From NCBI GenBank assembly GCA_012514545.1, contig JAAZAC010000015.1, positions 1 to 43,249 on the forward strand: 43,249 nt of DNA. The letters are read 5' to 3'. Source of the DNA: Actinomycetales bacterium. Lineage in GTDB: Bacteria; Actinomycetota; Actinomycetes; Actinomycetales; Cellulomonadaceae. The translations under genes were made by a program, and so were the position numbers. Each line of letters begins with the position of its first letter. Position 1 is the stretch's first letter. Below, in pieces: positions 40,487 to 43,249 of this stretch. A model generated the notes under the pieces. The model saw only the letters and a program-made list of their open reading frames with translations, was not told the DNA's origin and did not search any database.

Positions 40487-40912
40487 ATGGTTCGGGCCCT
40501 CGTCTACATCGTCCCGGTCGCACTGGCGATCTACGCACTGTTCGACCTGGCCCGAAGCCTGCCCGAGGAGCGCGTCGGCGTCCGGCGCTGGGCGTGGGTG
40601 CTCATCGTCGTCCTCATCCCGGTCCTGGGCCCGCTCGTGTGGATCCTCGTCAGCCGCTGGGCCCGCGCCCAGAGCGGCACCCCGCCGACGGTCCCCCCGC
40701 TCCGGCCCGGCCCGGTCCCCCCGCGCACGAGACGCCCGGCCGGCCCCGCGCGCGGCCCGGCCCGCCCGAGCCGTCGCTCGGGCCCTCTCCCGCCCGACGA
40801 CGACCCCGAGTTCCTCTGGCGCCTCGAGCAGCAGCGCCGCCGCGCCTCCGGCGAGCCCCCGAGCGCCGACGGCCCCGCGCCCTCCGGCCCCTCGGCGCCG
40901 TCGGACAACTGA
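40487..40912 (+). CDS. PLDc_N-domain membrane protein
   Basis: IYALFD...WAWVLIVVLIPVLGPLVWI, C-terminal PDDDPEFL motif. Confidence 0.8.
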   Translation: MVRALVYIVPVALAIYALFDLARSLPEERVGVRRWAWVLIVVLIPVLGPLVWILVSRWARAQSGTPPTVPPLRPGPVPPRTRRPAGPARGPARPSRRSGPLPPDDDPEFLWRLEQQRRRASGEPPSADGPAPSGPSAPSDN

Positions 40913-40958
40913 CGGCCCGCCGGCCCCACAGCTCACCAGCGAGCCGTACCGCCCCGGC

Positions 40959-42515
40959 TCACGCGCACGCGAGCTCCAGGGTCGGCTGATCGATGCGCAC
41001 GCGTGCGGCTTCCCTCGAGCCACCTTCCCCGGACGCGCCTCCGCGCGCGAGCGCCTCGTCACCCGGCGGCCCCACGCCGCCCGGGTCTCGACTCACCCCG
41101 GGGTCCCGACCTCCACCGCCGTCCTGACCCTCTCCCACGGCACCCTCGCGCCCCGGCGGGCCCTCGCCGTCGGCGGGCAGATCCCCGATGCGGCCGACCT
41201 CGCGCCGGACCGACCGGCCGATGGGCCGGCCGTCGCGATGGCGGAAGACGAACCCGGCGTCGTCGACCGTGATGACCACGTCGCGCTGGTGGACCAGCCG
41301 GTGGTGGTGCGCGCAGAGGAGGACTCCGTTCTCCACGGACGTCCTCCCGAGGCGGCTCCACCACAGGACGTGGTGCACCTCGCAGAGGAACGGCGGCGCC
41401 GAGCACCCGGGGTACCGGCAGGTCCGGTCCCGGGCGACGACCGCGGCGCGCTGCGGCCCGGTGTAGGTCCGTTGCGCCCAGCCGACGTCGAGCGGGACGC
41501 CCTTCGGGCCGAACACGATCCGGGTGACCCGCGCGTCGCAGGCGAGCTGGGCGAGCACGGAGCCGGGGATCGGCGTGCCGTCGTCGAGCTCGGCGGGAGC
41601 TCCGAGGCGACCGTCCGTGGTCTCGAGGGCCTGCGGCAGGGGCGCGGGCACGCCGTCGGCGTCGGCACCGGCCGCCACGGCGAGGTAGGTCTCGTACGGG
41701 ACGTGGACGAGCAGGTGCGGTCGCACGAGGGACGTCCCGCCGCCGCCGAGCCCGTGGTCGAGGACCGCCCGCGCGAGGTCCGTGAGCGCCGCGGCCGCGC
41801 GCTGCTCGCCGGTCCGCGCGTCCTCGGCGGCCGGCACGCCCGCGACCGCGCGCAGGGCGGTGGCGAGCGTCTCGGCGCTGTCGTTCGCGAGGAAGCCCTG
41901 CAGGTCGACCCCGTCGCGGCGCCGGACGAGGCGGAGGTACTGCCGCTCGGTCGCGGCGCGCTGCTCGGCCTCGTGCGCGGCGGTGTCGACGGCGGCGGCC
42001 CACCGACGCACCAGCCGTCGGAAGTCGTCCACGCCGAGCCGGCGCGCCTGCGCGAGCAGGTACGCCTCGTTGCGGTCCGGCCGGTCGGAGGCCAGCGCGG
42101 CCCGGCGCGCCTCCGACGTCGCGGCGACCTCGGTCAGCACCCGCGCGTGCTCGAGGCTGATCTCGCCGCGCTCGACCGCCCGCGCGGTCGCGGACACGTC
42201 GCGCTCGAGCGCCCGGCCGAGCGCCGCCTCCCGCCGCGCCGTGCCCACCGAGGCGCCGCCCCGGCGGGCCACCCACTCCGGGAACGTCCGCGCCGCGCCC
42301 GACGCCGCCCAGCGCCCGTCCTCCTCGATCCGGGCGAGGAGGCGCGCCCGCACGACGCCGATCCGGTCGGCCGCGCGCCGCAGCGCGTCGTGCGCCGCGG
42401 TCACCTCCGCGATCTCGAGCCCGCCGACGTCGACCCCTACGAGCGCCGCGCACGCCTCCTCCAGCGCCCCGACGAGCGCACCGAGGCCCGGCGTCGCCGC
42501 CACCCCGGTCGTCAT
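40959..42515 (-). CDS. DUF222 + HNH endonuclease protein (13E12-repeat-like family)
   Basis: GEISLEHARV, RT.EQR.A.AL, LACDA, ARDRTCRYPGC, CEVHH...W, G.TSVENGVLLCAHHHRLVH. Confidence 0.9.
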   Translation of the reverse strand: MTTGVAATPGLGALVGALEEACAALVGVDVGGLEIAEVTAAHDALRRAADRIGVVRARLLARIEEDGRWAASGAARTFPEWVARRGGASVGTARREAALGRALERDVSATARAVERGEISLEHARVLTEVAATSEARRAALASDRPDRNEAYLLAQARRLGVDDFRRLVRRWAAAVDTAAHEAEQRAATERQYLRLVRRRDGVDLQGFLANDSAETLATALRAVAGVPAAEDARTGEQRAAAALTDLARAVLDHGLGGGGTSLVRPHLLVHVPYETYLAVAAGADADGVPAPLPQALETTDGRLGAPAELDDGTPIPGSVLAQLACDARVTRIVFGPKGVPLDVGWAQRTYTGPQRAAVVARDRTCRYPGCSAPPFLCEVHHVLWWSRLGRTSVENGVLLCAHHHRLVHQRDVVITVDDAGFVFRHRDGRPIGRSVRREVGRIGDLPADGEGPPGREGAVGEGQDGGGGRDPGVSRDPGGVGPPGDEALARGGASGEGGSREAARVRIDQPTLELACA

Positions 42516-42533
42516 CGTTCGCCCCCTGCGCCT

Positions 42534-42549
42534 TCGAACATGTGTTCGA
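42534..42549. promoter_or_regulatory. LexA (SOS) box TCGAAC-ATGT-GTTCGA
   Basis: Exact match to the actinobacterial consensus TCGAAC-N4-GTTCGA, 18 nt upstream of the HNH start and just downstream of a minus-strand TAGCGT -10 (42555-42560). Confidence 0.88.
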
Positions 42550-42617
42550 GCGAAACGCTACCAGGAGGCAGCGACTCGGACAACCCCTGTGCGTGCCTGG
42601 ATGACGCCGAACTGGCG

Positions 42618-42933
42618 AACTCATCCCGCACTCCCAGGAGAGGGCCTCGCCGAGTTCACGTACCACTCGTCCCCGCACGCGGCGCACGTGGGGAGCTCCC
42701 ACTTGATCGAGGTGGCGACCGGCTCATCCCCGCGCGCGGGGAGCGCACCGGGTGGGTGTACACGCCCAGCGACCCGAAGTTGGCTCATCCCCGCACGCGG
42801 GGAGCGCACAGTGCGACCTTGCGCGGGTCCTTCTCGTCCGTCGGCTCATCCCCGCACGCGGGGAGCGCACAGCACGCCGGCGCGAGCCGACGTCATCGAC
42901 CCGGGCTCATCCCCCGCACGCGGGGGATGAGCC
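42618..42933 (-). CRISPR. Type I-E-like CRISPR array, left arm (reads leftward)
   Basis: 28-bp repeats ggctcatccccgc(a/g)cgcggggagcgcac at 42721, 42782 and 42843 (61-bp period, unique 33-bp spacers); degenerate copies at 42664-42687 and 42618-42631; hybrid repeat at 42904-42933. Confidence 0.92.
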
Positions 42934-42939
42934 CCTTCT

Positions 42940-43193
42940 GGGGATGAGCCCTACTTCGGCCTGCCGGAGACGATGACCGACCTGTGCGCTCCCCGCGTGC
43001 GGGGGATGAGCCGTCACGGGCGTCGGACTTCTCGCCCTCGAGCAGGTGCGCTCCCCGCGTGCGGGGATGAGCCGGCGTTCAATCTCCCCCGGGTCCTGCT
43101 CGGCCCGTGCGCTCCCCGCGTGCCAGAGGACCGCCAGTGCGTCGCTCAGGTCCCCTGCAGGCGTGGCGCGAGCGCCCCCCGCGACCATGCGCC
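42940..43193 (+). CRISPR. Type I-E-like CRISPR array, right arm (reads rightward, inverted relative to the left arm)
   Basis: Half repeat 42940-42950; gtgcgctccccgcgtgcgggg(g)atgagcc at 42984-43012 and 43046-43073; degenerate copies at 43107-43135 and 43170-43193; 33-bp spacers. Confidence 0.9.
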
Positions 43194-43249
43194 ACACCGT
43201 AGGCCCACGAGTGATCTTGCGGGGGCGGTTCGCGAGGAATCACCCGAAC

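Noticed and set aside
847-40912. Apparent giant fusions in the ORF track (847..7575, 6666..9212, 12788..16273, 18226..22137, 36742..39183, 38042..40912)
   Set aside because: The N-terminal extensions are junk frames over the upstream gene; true starts are marked by start-stop overlaps, RBS or -10 elements.
182-42976. Many long ORF-track entries on the opposite strand or in shifted frames (e.g. 1342..6834 +, 18205..21039 +, 40284..42947 +)
   Set aside because: Arg/Gly/Ala/Pro-rich shadow ORFs expected at this GC content; they overlap genes with clear family motifs.
42621-43197. Short ORFs across the array (42621..42809, 42752..42976, 42907..43197)
   Set aside because: Translations of repeats and spacers (recurrent LIPARGE), not genes.
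43167-43234. Imperfect ~16-bp inverted repeat right of the array (possible tracrRNA-like anti-repeat or terminator)
   Set aside because: The left arm is explained as a degenerate repeat, pairing is mostly G/C runs in GC-rich DNA, type I-E uses no tracrRNA, and the window edge prevents assessment.
40913-43249. IS/transposon or integrated-element boundaries around the HNH gene and array
   Set aside because: No transposase, integrase, terminal inverted repeats or target-site duplication could be seen.

Overview
Very GC-rich actinobacterial chromosome segment (gene content and order suggest a Cellulomonadaceae/Micrococcales-like organism; inference). From left to right: (1) a minus-strand, translationally coupled signalling/surface operon: PP2C phosphatase, FHA protein, Ser/Thr kinase, ~1940-aa Ig-like/Fn3 protein, MoxR AAA+ ATPase (cut by the window edge). 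It resembles the bifidobacterial PFNA operon. (2) A minus-strand respiratory operon: menJ-like reductase, nuoA-N, polyprenyl diphosphate synthase, with a Rex operator at its promoter. (3) A menaquinone cluster (menG, F, D, C, B, E, A) interspersed with an HtrA protease (MprA-like boxes upstream), an SMR transporter, a DUF3048 lipoprotein and small membrane proteins. (4) A DUF222-HNH nuclease gene with a perfect LexA box, directly next to the most unusual feature: a cas-less, leader-less type I-E-like CRISPR array made of two oppositely oriented arms fused back to back at a palindromic hybrid repeat, both arms decaying outward. All calls come from motif recognition by eye; no database searches were run.
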